Source: Actinomycetota bacterium (GTDB lineage Bacteria; Actinomycetota; Actinomycetes; S36-B12). Taken from it: DNA of 57,268 nucleotides. The stretch is taken from assembly GCA_947472655.1 (NCBI GenBank), contig CANJCG010000001.1:1-57268 (forward strand). Direction: 5' to 3'. The position numbers and the translations under genes are program-made. Shown here piece by piece: positions 1-12,418 of the stretch. The notes beneath the pieces are model-generated. The model searched no databases. It worked only from the letters and a program-made list of their open reading frames with translations, and had not been told where the DNA came from. Position 1 is the stretch's first letter, and each line of letters starts with the position of its first letter.

Positions 1-30
1 GCATAACCTCTTGCACGATGCGTCCTAGTC

Positions 31-330
31 CTAGTACTTGAGCAGGTTGGGTTCGTCGATGGAAGCTGATCGACGTGATCGGAAGATCTGCACGATGATT
101 GCCAAGCCGACGACTACTTCAGCCGCAGCGACAACCATCACGAAGAACGCCACGACCTGGCCGTCCAGATTTCCATTCATTCGGGCAAAAGCCACGAATG
201 CCAAGTTCGCTGCATTCAACATGAGTTCCACGCTCATGAAAACAACGATGGCATTGCGCCGCACCAAAACACCAAGTGTTCCGATCCCGAACAACAAAGC
301 AGAAAGAATTACGTAATTGGATGGATTCAC
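31..330 (-). CDS. nuoK: NADH-quinone oxidoreductase subunit K
   Basis: 99-aa three-helix hydrophobic ORF with NuoK/ND4L-like sequence ([17 protein letters not shown]). Its start overlaps the nuoJ stop by 4 nt, and it sits after nuoJ in the operon. Confidence 0.95.
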   Translation of the reverse strand: MNPSNYVILSALLFGIGTLGVLVRRNAIVVFMSVELMLNAANLAFVAFARMNGNLDGQVVAFFVMVVAAAEVVVGLAIIVQIFRSRRSASIDEPNLLKY

Positions 331-1097
331 TGTGAATCGCGCTCCTCGTTTGCACGACCGTCTTCAATCTCGACGGGCTGAACATCCGCACGCGAACGAA
401 GTGCGCCTGGGATGCTTGCTTCGGTTGGGGTTCCGTCTGGCAAAAGCGCCGGAGTATCTACTGCATTGTGACGGGCGTAGATACCTGGGCTTGGGCGATT
501 GCCTGGATGGTCATCGCCCTTGAATCGAGCGATGGAAAGTTCGGCCTGGGTTGGCTTTGGCTGCCAATGCTCGCGGTGCGCAAGAACCATCGCACCCATC
601 GCAGCAGTAATTAACAGCGCTGAGGTCACTTCGAAGACCAATAAGTAATCGGTGAAAATAAGGTGAGCGATGCTTTGCACGTTTCCGCCATCAACGCGGT
701 TAGCTGCGTCAAGACCAACTGATGGCAGACCGGAAAGCGAGCTTCCAAGGCCCCATACCAAAATAACGATAAGTAGTAGACCTAGCACCACTGCCAGAAA
801 ACGCTGACCCTTAATAGTTTCGATCAGTGAGTCAGATGAATCAACACCCACCACCATCAAAACAAACAAGAAGAGCATCATCACTGCACCCGTATAGACG
901 ATCACCTGCACCATTCCCAGGAACGGTGCGTTGTTAGCGATGTAGAGGATCGCCAAGTTGATCATCGTGAGCGCCATCCACAAAGCGCTATGAACAGCTT
1001 TGCGCGAGGTAATCAAACCAATTGCCCCAAGGACAGAGAGAGCTGCACACACCCAAAAGACGATGGCTTCACCAACGTTTACTTCATAGCCCGTCAC
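327..1097 (-). CDS. nuoJ: NADH-quinone oxidoreductase subunit J
   Basis: 256 aa. Multi-TM N-terminal part typical of NuoJ/ND6, followed by a hydrophilic Pro-rich C-terminal tail. 4-nt overlaps with nuoI and nuoK. Confidence 0.9.
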   Translation of the reverse strand: MTGYEVNVGEAIVFWVCAALSVLGAIGLITSRKAVHSALWMALTMINLAILYIANNAPFLGMVQVIVYTGAVMMLFLFVLMVVGVDSSDSLIETIKGQRFLAVVLGLLLIVILVWGLGSSLSGLPSVGLDAANRVDGGNVQSIAHLIFTDYLLVFEVTSALLITAAMGAMVLAHREHWQPKPTQAELSIARFKGDDHPGNRPSPGIYARHNAVDTPALLPDGTPTEASIPGALRSRADVQPVEIEDGRANEERDSQ

Positions 1098-1636
1098 GAG
1101 TTCGCCCCTCGGTTCACGGTGGCAGGACCAGTCACGAGATTGGCGTAGTAATCCTTTTCTGTGGTTCCCTCGACCATGGCATGCGGCGCCTCGATCATTC
1201 CTGCAAGAAGTGGTCCGAGCAGATCTTTCTTTTCGTAAATCAGATCTGCACGGTTGTTGTCAGCAAGCTCAAACTCATTCGTCATAGTCAAGGCACGAGT
1301 TGGACAGGCTTCAATGCACAAGCCGCAGAAGATACAGCGCGCGTAGTTAATCTGATAAACCCGGCCGTAACGTTCACCTGGAGAAAAGCGTTCCTCCTCG
1401 GTGTTCGATGCGCCCTCAACATAGATAGCGTCGGCTGGGCAAGCCCAAGCGCACAATTCACAACCCACACACTTTTCAAGACCATCGGCCCAACGATTGA
1501 GTTGATGGCGGCCATGAAAGCGCGGTTGCGTTGGATACTTATGGGCGTCTTCTGGGTATTGCTCAGTAACCACCTTCTTGAACATTGTCGAGAAGGTGAC
1601 CCAGAATCCCCGGACAGCTTGGGGCAGCTCAGCCAT
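1094..1636 (-). CDS. nuoI: NADH-quinone oxidoreductase subunit I
   Basis: Two 4Fe-4S ferredoxin motifs ([12 protein letters not shown] and [12 protein letters not shown]). I placed the start at the internal ATG (MAELPQAV...), giving an 8-nt overlap with nuoH; the track start at 1672 would overlap nuoH by 44 nt. Confidence 0.92.
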   Translation of the reverse strand: MAELPQAVRGFWVTFSTMFKKVVTEQYPEDAHKYPTQPRFHGRHQLNRWADGLEKCVGCELCAWACPADAIYVEGASNTEEERFSPGERYGRVYQINYARCIFCGLCIEACPTRALTMTNEFELADNNRADLIYEKKDLLGPLLAGMIEAPHAMVEGTTEKDYYANLVTGPATVNRGANS

Positions 1637-2930
1637 CGATGGCCTCCTGCGTAGTAACGGATGAAGTTGCACGACGGGATGGCAGGCTCACTTGCTGTCC
1701 AGGCATTGGTGGCACGGGATAGCCGCCTGCCATTGCATCAAAGACACGAGCTTGAATTTCTGCATCGGCTTCTTCCTGAAGTGCGGTCTTGCGATCAGCT
1801 CGTGACTGAAGCAGCCACGATCCTGCTAACAAGACAACGATGGTGATGGCGCCAACAAGCAGGATCTGCGTGCTGGTGAATTGGACATCGTTGCGAAGAA
1901 CTCGCGCCGTTGCCACAATCAAGATCCAAACGATTGACACGGGGATCAAAATCTTCCAGCCAAACTTCATGAACTGGTCATAGCGAAGTCTTGGCAGGGT
2001 TCCTCGGAGCCAAATAAAGATGAAAATGAAGATCTGAACCTTTGCTAACCACCACAGCATCGGCCAATAGCCGGTGTTTGCTGCGTCCCAAAGCGAGATA
2101 GGCCAGGGCGCGCGCCATCCCCCAAGGAAAAGAGTTGTCGCCAACGCAGAAACAGTGACCATGTTGATGTACTCAGCGAGGAAAAACAGCGCGAACTTCA
2201 TCGATGAATACTCAGTGTGGAAACCACCTACGAGTTCACCTTCGGCCTCAGGGAGGTCAAATGGTGCGCGGTTAGTTTCGCCAACCATGGCGGTTACGTA
2301 GATCAAGAACGAAGGCAACAAGATGACGGCAAACCACACCGGCTCTTGAGCACTAACAATTTCTGAAGTTGACATCGAACCTGCGTAAAGAAAGACGGCA
2401 ACGAACGACAAGCCCATAGCTATTTCATAAGAGATCATCTGCGCGCTGGAACGAAGGCCACCAAGAAGTGGGTAAGTCGAGCCTGAAGCCCAACCAGCAA
2501 GAACAATGCCGTAGATGCCAATAGAAGCAATTGCCAAGATGTACAGCACTGAGACAGGAAAGTCGGTGAGCTGTAGCGGCGTTTGCTGCCCGAACATATT
2601 CACAACCGGGCCAAATGGAATCACTGCAAAAGCGATGAAGGCCGTGGTAGCCGAAATAATTGGCGCGATCCAATACACCGCAAGGTGTACGCCCTTAGGA
2701 ACGATTTCTTCCTTCAGGGCCAGCTTGACGCCGTCCATTAATGACTGCAATAAACCAAACGGTCCAACACGGTTGGGCCCGATTCGATGCTGCATCCGCG
2801 AAACAACTCGGCGTTCCCACCAAATAGTAAAGAGCGTGAGGAGCACAAGCATTACAAAGATGCCGAGTACCTTGACGATCACGATCCACCAGGGATCAAC
2901 ACCAAAGAATCCGAACTGACCACCGGTCAT
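1629..2930 (-). CDS. nuoH: NADH-quinone oxidoreductase subunit H
   Basis: 433-aa polytopic membrane protein with the NuoH/ND1 signature region [22 protein letters not shown]. 4-nt overlap with nuoG. Confidence 0.95.
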   Translation of the reverse strand: MTGGQFGFFGVDPWWIVIVKVLGIFVMLVLLTLFTIWWERRVVSRMQHRIGPNRVGPFGLLQSLMDGVKLALKEEIVPKGVHLAVYWIAPIISATTAFIAFAVIPFGPVVNMFGQQTPLQLTDFPVSVLYILAIASIGIYGIVLAGWASGSTYPLLGGLRSSAQMISYEIAMGLSFVAVFLYAGSMSTSEIVSAQEPVWFAVILLPSFLIYVTAMVGETNRAPFDLPEAEGELVGGFHTEYSSMKFALFFLAEYINMVTVSALATTLFLGGWRAPWPISLWDAANTGYWPMLWWLAKVQIFIFIFIWLRGTLPRLRYDQFMKFGWKILIPVSIVWILIVATARVLRNDVQFTSTQILLVGAITIVVLLAGSWLLQSRADRKTALQEEADAEIQARVFDAMAGGYPVPPMPGQQVSLPSRRATSSVTTQEAIDG

Positions 2931-5293
2931 GCGGCACCTCCAGCAGAAACGTCGACCGCGGATCCGATACGGGCACCGAGATCGCGATAAATCGAGCAGC
3001 CAGTTGAATGCATCGGCAAGAACACGACGTCGTCGATAACGTCTCCGATTTCAACAGGCAATGTGACGGAACCAGTCGGCCCACCCACCGTGATGGTTTC
3101 AGGCGATCCAAGTTGCTTTGCAGCCGCTTCGGAAATTAACGCGATGACAGGGCGCGCAGTGGCCGCTAAGAACGGCTCACCATCTTGCATAACGCCAGCA
3201 TCAAGAAGTTCACGCCATGAAGCCAGGCGGAACGCATCACTCATAAGTGGCGCGCTACCCGTTGACGGCAACTCTTCACGAACACCTGTCCATTGCCCAA
3301 GTTCAGCAAGTTCGCGACGCAAACCAGCACCGTCCCAAACACCTGCTTGCTTTCCAAGGGCCTTAGCAAGCATGCCAAGAATCGTTGCATCGCTCATTGC
3401 AAGCGCATCCTTGAATACCTGACCGAATGGACGAGGGCGACCTTCCCAATCGATGAAGGTTCCGGCCTTTTCAGTGACAAGTGCTACCGGAAGCACGACA
3501 TCAGCGGCTTGAGTGAACTCTGAATGATGATGGTCAAGGGAGACGATGAATGCGGTGCGCGCAAGAGCTACCGCCGTTACTTCTGGATCAGGTAGATCTA
3601 CCGGATCAACGCCAGCAATGACAAACGCACGAAGATTTTCTCTGCTGCCTGCATTGATAATGTTTTCGCCCGAGAGTCCAATAACCCGCGGCAGCGCATC
3701 GGCATCAACACCCCAGACTCCCGCAACCTCGTTACGTGCATCATCGTTTGTGATTGGGCGTCCACCAGGAAGTAAGCCAGCAAGCGCACCAACATCAAGT
3801 GCGCCTCGTTCACCAGCACGACGAGGCACCCAAGCAACACTCGCGCCTGTTTGCGCTGCAACTTCTGCCAGAGCCGAAGGGCCACCCGCACTTGCCGCGA
3901 TACGTTCACCGACCAGAATTACCGCACCAGGTTGAGCGAGCGCAGCCTTCACATGATCAGGTAGTGCGCGTAGAACGAGTGCTTCTTGACCTGGCTTAGT
4001 CGCAAGTAACGTGCCACCCATTTTTTTCAGGCCACGAGTTGCAACAGCTCCAAGACTTACAACAGTGGTCTTTGCTTTACGCAACCGCAAGAAAATCATT
4101 GGTGATTCGTCTTCAGGTTCGAAAGCCACAAGCAAAACGAATGGTGCTTTCTCAAGTGCGTCATACGTGACTGTGACTGGTGTACCAGCTATCGCACTGC
4201 GGAGATACTGAGTTTCTTCGGATGAAGTTGCTCGAGCACGGAAGTCAATGTTGTCGGTCCCAAGGATCGCGCGAGCAAATTTCGCGTAACCATAGGCATC
4301 TTCTTGTGTCAGGCGTCCGCCGGTGAGAACTCCTGTTGACGAACCTGCCGCTGCAAGCCCGCGCGCTGCAACATCAATGGCTTCTGGCCATGATGCTGGG
4401 CGTAGTTCTCCATTCTCGCGAACTAGTGGCGTGGTGATGCGTCCGTCTGTGAGGTATGTGAAACCGAAGCGACCCTTGTCACAGTTCCACTCTTCATTCA
4501 CCTCTGGAGAATCCCAAGCCAAACGTCGAGTGATTTCACCGCGACGGTAGTCAGTGCGAAGCGAACAACCTGATGCGCAGTGCTCACAGGTGCTTGGCAC
4601 TGACACAAGGTCAAATGGTCGGGAACGGAATCGGTAAGAAGTGCTCGTCAATGCACCTACTGGGCAGATCTGAATGGTGTTACCGGAAAAATATGAATCA
4701 AAGGGCTGTTCATCGGCAACACCAACTTGCTGGTTCGCGCCGCGTTCAAGCAATTCGATCATTGGATCACCAGCAATTTGTTCCGCAAATCGAGTGCAAC
4801 GCGCACACGACACACATCGTTCGCGGTCGAGCAAGATTTGCGCACTCACGTTAATCGGCTTTTCAAAGATTCGCTTTTCGCCTTCAAAACGAGATTCTGG
4901 TCGCCCTGCTGACATCGACTGGTTTTGTAGCGGGCACTCGCCGCCCTTGTCACACACTGGGCAATCAAGTGGGTGATTAATGAGGAGGAACTCCATGACG
5001 CCTTCTTGCGCATCCTTGGCAACCTCAGAAGATTCTTGAGTGCGAATCGTCATGCCATCGTTCACCACCTGAGCACAAGCAGGTTGTGGCTTGGGCATAC
5101 CTTCCACTTCAATCAAGCATGCGCGACAAGCAGCGACGGGCTCAAGAAGCGGGTGATCGCAAAAGCGCGGAATCTCAATCCCGATGAGTTCGGCAGCTCG
5201 GATCGCCAAAGTGCCCTTTGGCACTTCGATGACCACGCCATCAATCGTGACACTGACCATTGGCACCACGTCGGTGGTGAAGTTTTCGCTCAT
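2927..5293 (-). CDS. nuoG: NADH-quinone oxidoreductase subunit G
   Basis: 788 aa. N-terminal Fe-S Cys clusters ([42 protein letters not shown]) followed by a molybdopterin-oxidoreductase-like domain. Confidence 0.95.
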   Translation of the reverse strand: MSENFTTDVVPMVSVTIDGVVIEVPKGTLAIRAAELIGIEIPRFCDHPLLEPVAACRACLIEVEGMPKPQPACAQVVNDGMTIRTQESSEVAKDAQEGVMEFLLINHPLDCPVCDKGGECPLQNQSMSAGRPESRFEGEKRIFEKPINVSAQILLDRERCVSCARCTRFAEQIAGDPMIELLERGANQQVGVADEQPFDSYFSGNTIQICPVGALTSTSYRFRSRPFDLVSVPSTCEHCASGCSLRTDYRRGEITRRLAWDSPEVNEEWNCDKGRFGFTYLTDGRITTPLVRENGELRPASWPEAIDVAARGLAAAGSSTGVLTGGRLTQEDAYGYAKFARAILGTDNIDFRARATSSEETQYLRSAIAGTPVTVTYDALEKAPFVLLVAFEPEDESPMIFLRLRKAKTTVVSLGAVATRGLKKMGGTLLATKPGQEALVLRALPDHVKAALAQPGAVILVGERIAASAGGPSALAEVAAQTGASVAWVPRRAGERGALDVGALAGLLPGGRPITNDDARNEVAGVWGVDADALPRVIGLSGENIINAGSRENLRAFVIAGVDPVDLPDPEVTAVALARTAFIVSLDHHHSEFTQAADVVLPVALVTEKAGTFIDWEGRPRPFGQVFKDALAMSDATILGMLAKALGKQAGVWDGAGLRRELAELGQWTGVREELPSTGSAPLMSDAFRLASWRELLDAGVMQDGEPFLAATARPVIALISEAAAKQLGSPETITVGGPTGSVTLPVEIGDVIDDVVFLPMHSTGCSIYRDLGARIGSAVDVSAGGAA

Positions 5294-6594
5294 CGGGTTG
5301 CTGCTCCCGCATAGATGTATGAAGCCACCGGATCGAATTTTTCATCCACTGGTGACTCGGTGGCCGCAACAAATTCGTCACGGAAGTACTTCAGTGCTGC
5401 AGGAAACGGCGTTGCGGCCGCATCTCCGAGTGCGCAGAATGATCTCCCCGAAATTTGGTTACATGCGCTCACAAGAAGTTCCAGATCTGATTCCTTGCCA
5501 TGCCCATGCTCGAATGTTTCCAGCACGCCGGTGATCCAGAAGGTGCCTTCACGGCATGGGGTGCACTTGCCGCAAGATTCATGCTTGTAAAACTCAAGCC
5601 AGCGAGTAACAGCCTTAACGACGCTCACCGTCTCATCGAAAATCATTGGCGTTCCGGTGCCGAGCATCGTTCCTGCTGCAGCCATCTCTTCATACGTCAG
5701 CGGAAGATCAAGGTGTTCTGCGGTGAGAAGCGGAACTGAAGATCCACCTGGCAGCCAGAACTTGACCTTGCCATCACCGCGAACTCCACCGGCGTAGCCA
5801 AGTAATTCACGCATTGTGATTCCGAGCGGCGCTTCAAATATGCCTGGGTTATTCACGTGTCCTGAAACGGCCCAAACCTTGAACCCTGGTGACTTCTCGG
5901 TGCCGAATTGACGGAACCAATCCACGCCGCGATCAACGATGTAAGGGATGTTGCAGATAGTTTCGACGTTGTTGATCACCGTTGGCGACGCATACAAACC
6001 AGCCACTGCCGGAAACGGTGGCTTTAACCGCGGTTGCCCGCGCAAGCCTTCTAATGAATCAAGTAGTGCGGTTTCTTCACCACAGATATATGCGCCGGCA
6101 CCCGCATGCACAACGATTTCAAGATCAAAACCAGATCCAAGGATGTTCTTGCCGATCAAACCAGCACGGCGTGCTTCTGCAACAGCGCTAGCGACCTTGC
6201 GCAGTGCATTCGGTACTTCGCCGCGAATATAAATAAAAGCTTGGCTGGCGCGAATCGCAAACGAAGTGATGATGACGCCTTCAACTAACGAATGTGGGTT
6301 AGCCATCATGATCGGAATGTCTTTGCAGGCACCTGGCTCTGATTCGTCAGCGTTTACAACAAGGTAATGCGGCTTGCCATCGTTTTGTGGAACGAAACTC
6401 CATTTCAGGCCCGTGGGGAAACCCGCTCCGCCACGGCCTCGAAGACCAGAATCTTTCACTGTGGTGATGATTGCATCAGGATCGAGCTTGAGTGCCTTCT
6501 CAAGAGCGCGGTACCCACCAAAGCGACGGTAGCCATCAAGTGTGTAAAGGTCAGGGGAATCCCAGTGCTCAGTGATAACCGGTGTCAGTGTCAT
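5290..6594 (-). CDS. nuoF: NADH-quinone oxidoreductase subunit F
   Basis: 434 aa. NADH/FMN site GAGAYICGEETAL and N3 cluster motif ESCGKCTPCREG. Confidence 0.97.
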   Translation of the reverse strand: MTLTPVITEHWDSPDLYTLDGYRRFGGYRALEKALKLDPDAIITTVKDSGLRGRGGAGFPTGLKWSFVPQNDGKPHYLVVNADESEPGACKDIPIMMANPHSLVEGVIITSFAIRASQAFIYIRGEVPNALRKVASAVAEARRAGLIGKNILGSGFDLEIVVHAGAGAYICGEETALLDSLEGLRGQPRLKPPFPAVAGLYASPTVINNVETICNIPYIVDRGVDWFRQFGTEKSPGFKVWAVSGHVNNPGIFEAPLGITMRELLGYAGGVRGDGKVKFWLPGGSSVPLLTAEHLDLPLTYEEMAAAGTMLGTGTPMIFDETVSVVKAVTRWLEFYKHESCGKCTPCREGTFWITGVLETFEHGHGKESDLELLVSACNQISGRSFCALGDAAATPFPAALKYFRDEFVAATESPVDEKFDPVASYIYAGAATR

Positions 6595-6597
6595 GAC

Positions 6598-7251
6598 TTA
6601 GGCCTCCTGTCCGAATTGAGGTGCAGCCATGTTGTGTTCTTTGGCATAGCGCAGTCCGGCAAGCATTTTGTCGTCCACCGAATTGCCATCACCCTCAAGG
6701 CCATCATCAGGAAAGGCCAAGGTGTATTCAGTTGCCTTGAAGTTACGAATAGCCGGGCCGCGCGTTGATGCAACCTGCTCTCCACGCGCCAGACGATCGA
6801 CCACATCAATTGCTGATGATGGGGTGACATCGTCCATAAATTCCCAGTCAACTGTCATCACTGGCGCATGCGTGCATGCTGCCTGACATTCAATTCGTTC
6901 AAGTGAAAATTTGCCGTCGGCAGTTGGCTCATTGTGTCCAACTCCAAGCCGTTGGGAAAGAGCTTCATAAACCGCATCGCCACCAAGAAGGCCACACAAC
7001 GTGTTAACACACACACCAATGTGATGCTCACCAACTGGCTTGCGCTTGTACATCGTGTAGAAGGTTGAGACACCCGTGACTTCAGCCTTAGAAATTCCCA
7101 GCATGTCAGCACAGGCTGCAATGCCTTCAGCCGTAACTTCGCCTTCGGCACTTTGAACAAGGTGCAGCATCGGCAATAGTGCCGAGCGTGACTGTGGGTA
7201 ACGCGCCACGATGTCGCGCATGCTTTCTAGGGTCTGCTCGCTGATAGCCAT
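6598..7251 (-). CDS. nuoE: NADH-quinone oxidoreductase subunit E
   Basis: 217 aa. Thioredoxin-like 2Fe-2S ligand pattern (GVCVNTLC ... ECQAACTHAP). Operon position between nuoD and nuoF. Confidence 0.94.
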   Translation of the reverse strand: MAISEQTLESMRDIVARYPQSRSALLPMLHLVQSAEGEVTAEGIAACADMLGISKAEVTGVSTFYTMYKRKPVGEHHIGVCVNTLCGLLGGDAVYEALSQRLGVGHNEPTADGKFSLERIECQAACTHAPVMTVDWEFMDDVTPSSAIDVVDRLARGEQVASTRGPAIRNFKATEYTLAFPDDGLEGDGNSVDDKMLAGLRYAKEHNMAAPQFGQEA

Positions 7252-7272
7252 GATCTCTTCCTCTCGATCGCC

Positions 7273-8637
7273 TTAGCGATCGACTCCGCCCATAACGGGA
7301 TCGATACTTGCAACCGCTGCAATGACGTCAGCGATCTGGCCGCCCTCACACATTGCTGCAACTGCTTGAAGATTGGTAAACGACGGATCACGGAAATGCA
7401 CGCGGAATGGACGTGTTCCGCCTGAACTCACAAGGTGGCAGCCAAGCTCGCCACGAGGAGCCTCGATTGCCGTATAAACCTGACCCGCAGGAACCCGGAA
7501 GCCTTCAGTTACCAACTTGAAGTGGTGAATGAGCGCTTCCATCGACTCAGACATGATCTCGCGAATATGCTCAAGCGAGTTGCCCTGACCGTCGCTTCCG
7601 ACCGACAACTGCGCAGGCCAAGCAATTTTTTTGTCGGCAATCATCACAGGGCCTGGCTGCAAACGATCCAAAGTCTGCTCCACAATGCGAAGTGACTGTT
7701 GCATTTCACGGATGCGAATTAAGAAACGACCATAAGCGTCATTCGTATTTTCCGTGACAACGTCGAATTCGTAATTTTCATAACCGCAATACGGCTGTGA
7801 CTTACGAAGGTCATGAGGGTAGCCGGTTGCCCGCAGCACTGGCCCGGTAATTCCAAGCGCCATACAACCAGTGAGATCGAGGTATCCGATTCCAACAGTG
7901 CGACCCATCCAAATGTTGTTATCAACAAGAAGATCGGCAGTGTCTTTCATGCGCTTTCGCAGCAAAGGAATCATTTCGCGAATCTTCTCGACTGCATTGT
8001 CAGGAAGATCTTGTGCAACCCCGCCCGGGCGGATGTAGGCATTATTCATGCGTAGCCCGGTGATCATTTCAAAGATATCGAGGATCAATTCGCGCTCACG
8101 GAACCCAAATTCCATGGCTGTCAAGGCGCCCAGCTCCATGCCTCCCGTCGCTAGCGCTACCAAGTGTGACGAGACTCGATTGAGTTCCATCATCATCACG
8201 CGGATGACGTTTGCGCGTTCAGGGATTTGATCAGTGATACCGAGCAGCTTTTCGATCGCAAGGCAGTAGGCAGTCTCATTGAAAAATGGCGCAAGGTAAT
8301 CCATGCGGGTTGCGTAAGTAACACCCTGAGTAAACGAACGAAACTCCATGTTCTTTTCAATGCCGGTATGTAAGTAACCAATGCCGCATCGAGCTTCTGT
8401 TACCGATTCGCCTTCAATTTCCAGGATCAAACGCAGCACCCCATGCGTTGATGGGTGCTGAGGGCCCATATTTATCACGATGCGTTCGGAGTCGCTCTCT
8501 GGATCTACGGTGATTGAATCCCAATCTCCGCCGCCAACGTTAAAGATGCGGCCACCTTCAGCCGGATCACTGAAGTTTGCGTAAGGATCATTTGGCTGTG
8601 CAGCAGCACTCGTGTAGGTCACGTTCTCGGTACTCAT
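7273..8637 (-). CDS. nuoD: NADH-quinone oxidoreductase subunit D (canonical operon copy)
   Basis: 454 aa. 49-kDa subunit signatures [28 protein letters not shown], and the C-terminal [11 protein letters not shown]. Confidence 0.97.
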   Translation of the reverse strand: MSTENVTYTSAAAQPNDPYANFSDPAEGGRIFNVGGGDWDSITVDPESDSERIVINMGPQHPSTHGVLRLILEIEGESVTEARCGIGYLHTGIEKNMEFRSFTQGVTYATRMDYLAPFFNETAYCLAIEKLLGITDQIPERANVIRVMMMELNRVSSHLVALATGGMELGALTAMEFGFRERELILDIFEMITGLRMNNAYIRPGGVAQDLPDNAVEKIREMIPLLRKRMKDTADLLVDNNIWMGRTVGIGYLDLTGCMALGITGPVLRATGYPHDLRKSQPYCGYENYEFDVVTENTNDAYGRFLIRIREMQQSLRIVEQTLDRLQPGPVMIADKKIAWPAQLSVGSDGQGNSLEHIREIMSESMEALIHHFKLVTEGFRVPAGQVYTAIEAPRGELGCHLVSSGGTRPFRVHFRDPSFTNLQAVAAMCEGGQIADVIAAVASIDPVMGGVDR

Positions 8638-9331
8638 GAGTTGTATGACCTCCGCTGATCTGGTGGCGGAATAGTTGCACCCTTGTATTCAATTGGGATG
8701 CCACCAAGTGGATAGTCCTTGCGCTGTGGATGGCCCGGCCAGTCATCTGGCATTTGTATACGGGTCAAGGCCGGATGCCCGTCAAAAACAATGCCGAAGA
8801 AGTCGAAGGTTTCGCGCTCGTGCCAGTCATTAGTTGGATAGATGCTGACTGAAGACGGGATGTGTCGATCTGAGTCAGCGGTAACTACTTCAACGCGAAT
8901 ACGGTGGTTGTGAGTCATCGACATCAAGTGATAAACCGCGTGTAGTTCACGATTGGTGTCACCTGGGTAATGGACACCGCTCACGCCAGTTGAAAATTCA
9001 AATCGCAAACCTGGCTCGTCGCGAAGGGTCGACAGCACGCTGAGCAAGTACTCCCTGCGCACGAAAAAGGTAATCTCATTAAATGCAATAACGACTTTTT
9101 CTATTGCATCGCCTGCATTGACTTCTCGAGCTGAAAGCGAAAGCTCGAGCTCATCAGAGATCTCATCAAACCATCCGCCAAAAGGGCGAGCACTCGCCTC
9201 TGGCATGTGCATCAATTCAACAAGCCCACCGAAACCACTTGTGTCGCCTGAGCCCGTGCCACCAAATGCGCCTTCACGTACGTGGAAGACCTCGAACTGG
9301 CTCACCCCTTCAGGAACAACTGGCACCTGGC

Positions 9332-9335
<4 letters not shown>
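8634..9335 (-). CDS. nuoC: NADH-quinone oxidoreductase subunit C
   Basis: 233 aa. 30-kDa subunit family ([16 protein letters not shown]). 4-nt overlaps with nuoB and nuoD. Confidence 0.93.
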
Positions 9336-9886
<551 letters not shown>

Positions 9887-9898
9887 GAGTAACTCCCG

Positions 9899-10258
9899 TT
9901 AATCCCACTCGAGTCCACGTCGACGCCAAACATAGGCGTACACGACGAGGACGGTGACGATGAACAGCACCATTTCGACCAGACCAAATAAAGCCATGTG
10001 ATCGAAGGAAACTGCCCACGGATATAAGAAAACAATTTCGATATCGAACACAATAAACAGCATCGCGGTGAGGTAGTACTTCACTGGGAAGCGGCCACCG
10101 CCTACCGGTTGCGGAGTTGGTTCAATACCGCATTCATACGCATCGGCTTTGGCGCGGTTGTAACGCTTTGGGCCGGTTATTGGCGCGATGACTGCAGAGA
10201 AAACAGCAAAACCAAATGCCAACACACCCAATACGAGGATTGGCGTATACACGTTCAC
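9899..10258 (-). CDS. nuoA: NADH-quinone oxidoreductase subunit A
   Basis: 119 aa, 3 TM helices, ND3-like. First gene of the nuo string, preceded by a 98-nt non-coding region. Confidence 0.92.
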   Translation of the reverse strand: MNVYTPILVLGVLAFGFAVFSAVIAPITGPKRYNRAKADAYECGIEPTPQPVGGGRFPVKYYLTAMLFIVFDIEIVFLYPWAVSFDHMALFGLVEMVLFIVTVLVVYAYVWRRRGLEWD

Positions 10259-10301
10259 TTAGCGCTCCAAATGATCAGAACTTCGTGGTCAGATTGCGCC
10301 T

Positions 10302-10319
10302 TTGTGAACGCCTTCACGA
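10302..10319 (-). promoter_or_regulatory. Putative Rex operator (ROP-like inverted repeat) upstream of nuoA
   Basis: The plus strand reads TTGTGAACGCCTTCACGA, a 16/18 match to the Streptomyces Rex operator as I remember it (TTGTGAACGCGTTCACAA). It lies 44-61 nt upstream of the nuoA start codon, and a rex gene is present in the same window. Confidence 0.5.
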
Positions 10320-10356
10320 CCGAGGAAAGCATAGCGGCGGCCATGGGGTGGCGTTG

Positions 10357-11049
10357 CTATGGGTTCACGGCCCGATGGACGGCGACGATCCCGCCCGTCA
10401 AGTTTCGCCATTGGACCTCAGCAAAGCCCGCTGCAACGATCTCATCGGCGAGCTCAGCTTGAGCTGGCCACGCACGAATCGATTCAGCCAAATAGACATA
10501 CGCATCTGGATTCGTGGCAACTTTGGTGGCCACTGCGGGTAGGGCCTTCATGAGATATTCCGTGTAAAGAGTGCGCAACGGCTTTGACGTTGGGCTCGAG
10601 AATTCACAGATGACCAGGCGCCCGCCTGGCTTCAGGACCCTTCGAAACTCTGCCAGACCAACGGAGCGATCGGTCAGATTGCGTAGCCCAAAGGAAATCG
10701 TGGCCGCATCGAATGAATTGTCCCGATATGGGAGGTTTAGACCATCTCCAGCCACAAACGGTAGCTCCGGCTGGCGTTCGTGGCCAACCCGAAGCATTCC
10801 TAGAGAGAAATCAGTGGGAATCACATGGGCGCCAGCCTTGGCAAATGGCACGCTCGAGGTTCCGGTTCCAGCTGCCAGATCCAAAATGAGTTCGCCTGAT
10901 TGCGGCTTGATTGCGGCAACGACGGCTCGGCGCCAGATCCGAGTTTGGCCCAAAGCCAGCACATCATTGGCAAGGTCATAGCGCTGTGCGACCCCATCAA
11001 ACATGGCCGCAACTGCCGAGGGATCCTTGGAAAGGTCTGCTCTGCTCAC
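10357..11049 (-). CDS. menG: Demethylmenaquinone methyltransferase (UbiE/MenG family)
   Basis: 230 aa. UbiE-type N-terminus ([26 protein letters not shown]) and SAM motif ILDLAAGTG. Sits in a men gene context. Confidence 0.9.
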   Translation of the reverse strand: MSRADLSKDPSAVAAMFDGVAQRYDLANDVLALGQTRIWRRAVVAAIKPQSGELILDLAAGTGTSSVPFAKAGAHVIPTDFSLGMLRVGHERQPELPFVAGDGLNLPYRDNSFDAATISFGLRNLTDRSVGLAEFRRVLKPGGRLVICEFSSPTSKPLRTLYTEYLMKALPAVATKVATNPDAYVYLAESIRAWPAQAELADEIVAAGFAEVQWRNLTGGIVAVHRAVNP

Positions 11050-11099
11050 TACGCCATCCTTGCATCGAGTCTTGAGTGCTCGACATCTAGGCTAGGGCT

Positions 11100-12386
11100 G
11101 TGCCTGACCCAGTCATCGAGCTCATGAAAGCGGCCATCATCGCGCGCGAACAACCCGGTGCCCCACTGCAAGTGCGCACTCGATCCCTCGAAAACCCCGG
11201 AAACCTGTTAGCACTCCTGCCCAGCGGCGACGCGGTGAGTTGGGTACGCAATGGCGAGGGCATGGTCGGCTGGGGAGTTGCTGCCAGTCTCGAAATCAGT
11301 GGACCTGAACGATTTAGCCGAGCGCAACGTTGGTGGGCCAAGTTGTGCGCCCAGGCCAGCATCGATGACACCGTTGCGATGCCTGGCACTGGCCCAGTGG
11401 CCTTTGCGTCATTTGCCTTCGATCCTGAGCCTGGTCTGTCTGTCATCACTGTTCCTCGGGTACTTATCGGCCGACGCAATGGCCAGTCATGGATCACTGT
11501 CATTGGTGGCGAAGGTGATCCCCGCAACGAAATTCGCGCGGTGAGCGTGCCCAACGCACCTGCGAGCGTGCACTGGACCGATGGCAGTCAATCCACCCAA
11601 TCGTGGCAAGCCTCCGTGCAAGAAGCCATTACCCGAATCAATCTCAATGAACTCGACAAGGTTGTTCTTGCCCGAGACATATTTGGAAAAGTCGATGGTG
11701 AACTTGATACACGAAGCATGCTTTCATCGCTGGCACAGACTTACCCAACGTGTTGGACATTTAGTGTCGCAGGACTAGTCGGAGCGACTCCAGAACTTCT
11801 CGTTCGTCGCACTGGTGATCTCGTAACGAGCCGTGTGCTTGCGGGCACCGTACGAAGTCAGGGCAATGCCACTGCGGATGCTGACATGGCTCAGGTGCTA
11901 CTCAGTAGTGAGAAAGACCTTGCCGAACACGCATATGCGGTTCATTCTGTTGCACGCGCGCTTGCAGCACACTGCACAGATCTTGAAGTGCCAGCTCACC
12001 CACACGTATTGCCGCTTGCCAACGTTCAGCATCTGGCTACTGATGTAACAGGTCGACTCGCTGACGATGTTCCAGTACTTGCACTTGCAGCACTTCTTCA
12101 TCCCACTGCTGCTGTCTGCGGAACACCAACTGAACGTGCGCTAGCAACCATCCGCGAACTTGAAGGTATGGATCGTGGACGATATGCCGGACCGGTTGGT
12201 TGGGTTGATGCACACGGTGACGGTGAATTTGGTATCGCATTGAGATGCGCCGAAATTAATCAGGAAGCAGGAACAGTTCGAGCATTCGCAGGCTGCGGCA
12301 TTGTTGCGGGATCTGATTCAGAGCAAGAACTCGCAGAATCAAATGCAAAATTGGTACCTATCCGAGACTCTCTCACTCAGCACTAA
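11100..12386 (+). CDS. menF: Isochorismate synthase
   Basis: 428 aa. Chorismate-binding enzyme C-terminal region (GRYAGPVGWVD...GEFGIALRCA). Track start is a GTG at 11100, with an alternative ATG at 11124. Confidence 0.85.
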   Translation: MPDPVIELMKAAIIAREQPGAPLQVRTRSLENPGNLLALLPSGDAVSWVRNGEGMVGWGVAASLEISGPERFSRAQRWWAKLCAQASIDDTVAMPGTGPVAFASFAFDPEPGLSVITVPRVLIGRRNGQSWITVIGGEGDPRNEIRAVSVPNAPASVHWTDGSQSTQSWQASVQEAITRINLNELDKVVLARDIFGKVDGELDTRSMLSSLAQTYPTCWTFSVAGLVGATPELLVRRTGDLVTSRVLAGTVRSQGNATADADMAQVLLSSEKDLAEHAYAVHSVARALAAHCTDLEVPAHPHVLPLANVQHLATDVTGRLADDVPVLALAALLHPTAAVCGTPTERALATIRELEGMDRGRYAGPVGWVDAHGDGEFGIALRCAEINQEAGTVRAFAGCGIVAGSDSEQELAESNAKLVPIRDSLTQH

Positions 12387-12418
12387 GCGCTATCTACGAT
12401 ACCGGGCAAGCTGTAAAA

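Noticed and set aside
1-16. Possible start of nuoL: a GTG at 16-14 on the minus strand, preceded by AGGA.
   Set aside because: Only about 5 codons are visible. The call rests on operon order alone, so I did not report it as a feature.
1457-1463. Isolated TTCACAA half-sites (1457-1463 in nuoI, 16763-16769 in menE), considered as extra Rex operators.
   Set aside because: No matching TTGTGAA half lies at the correct spacing, and both sites are inside coding sequence.
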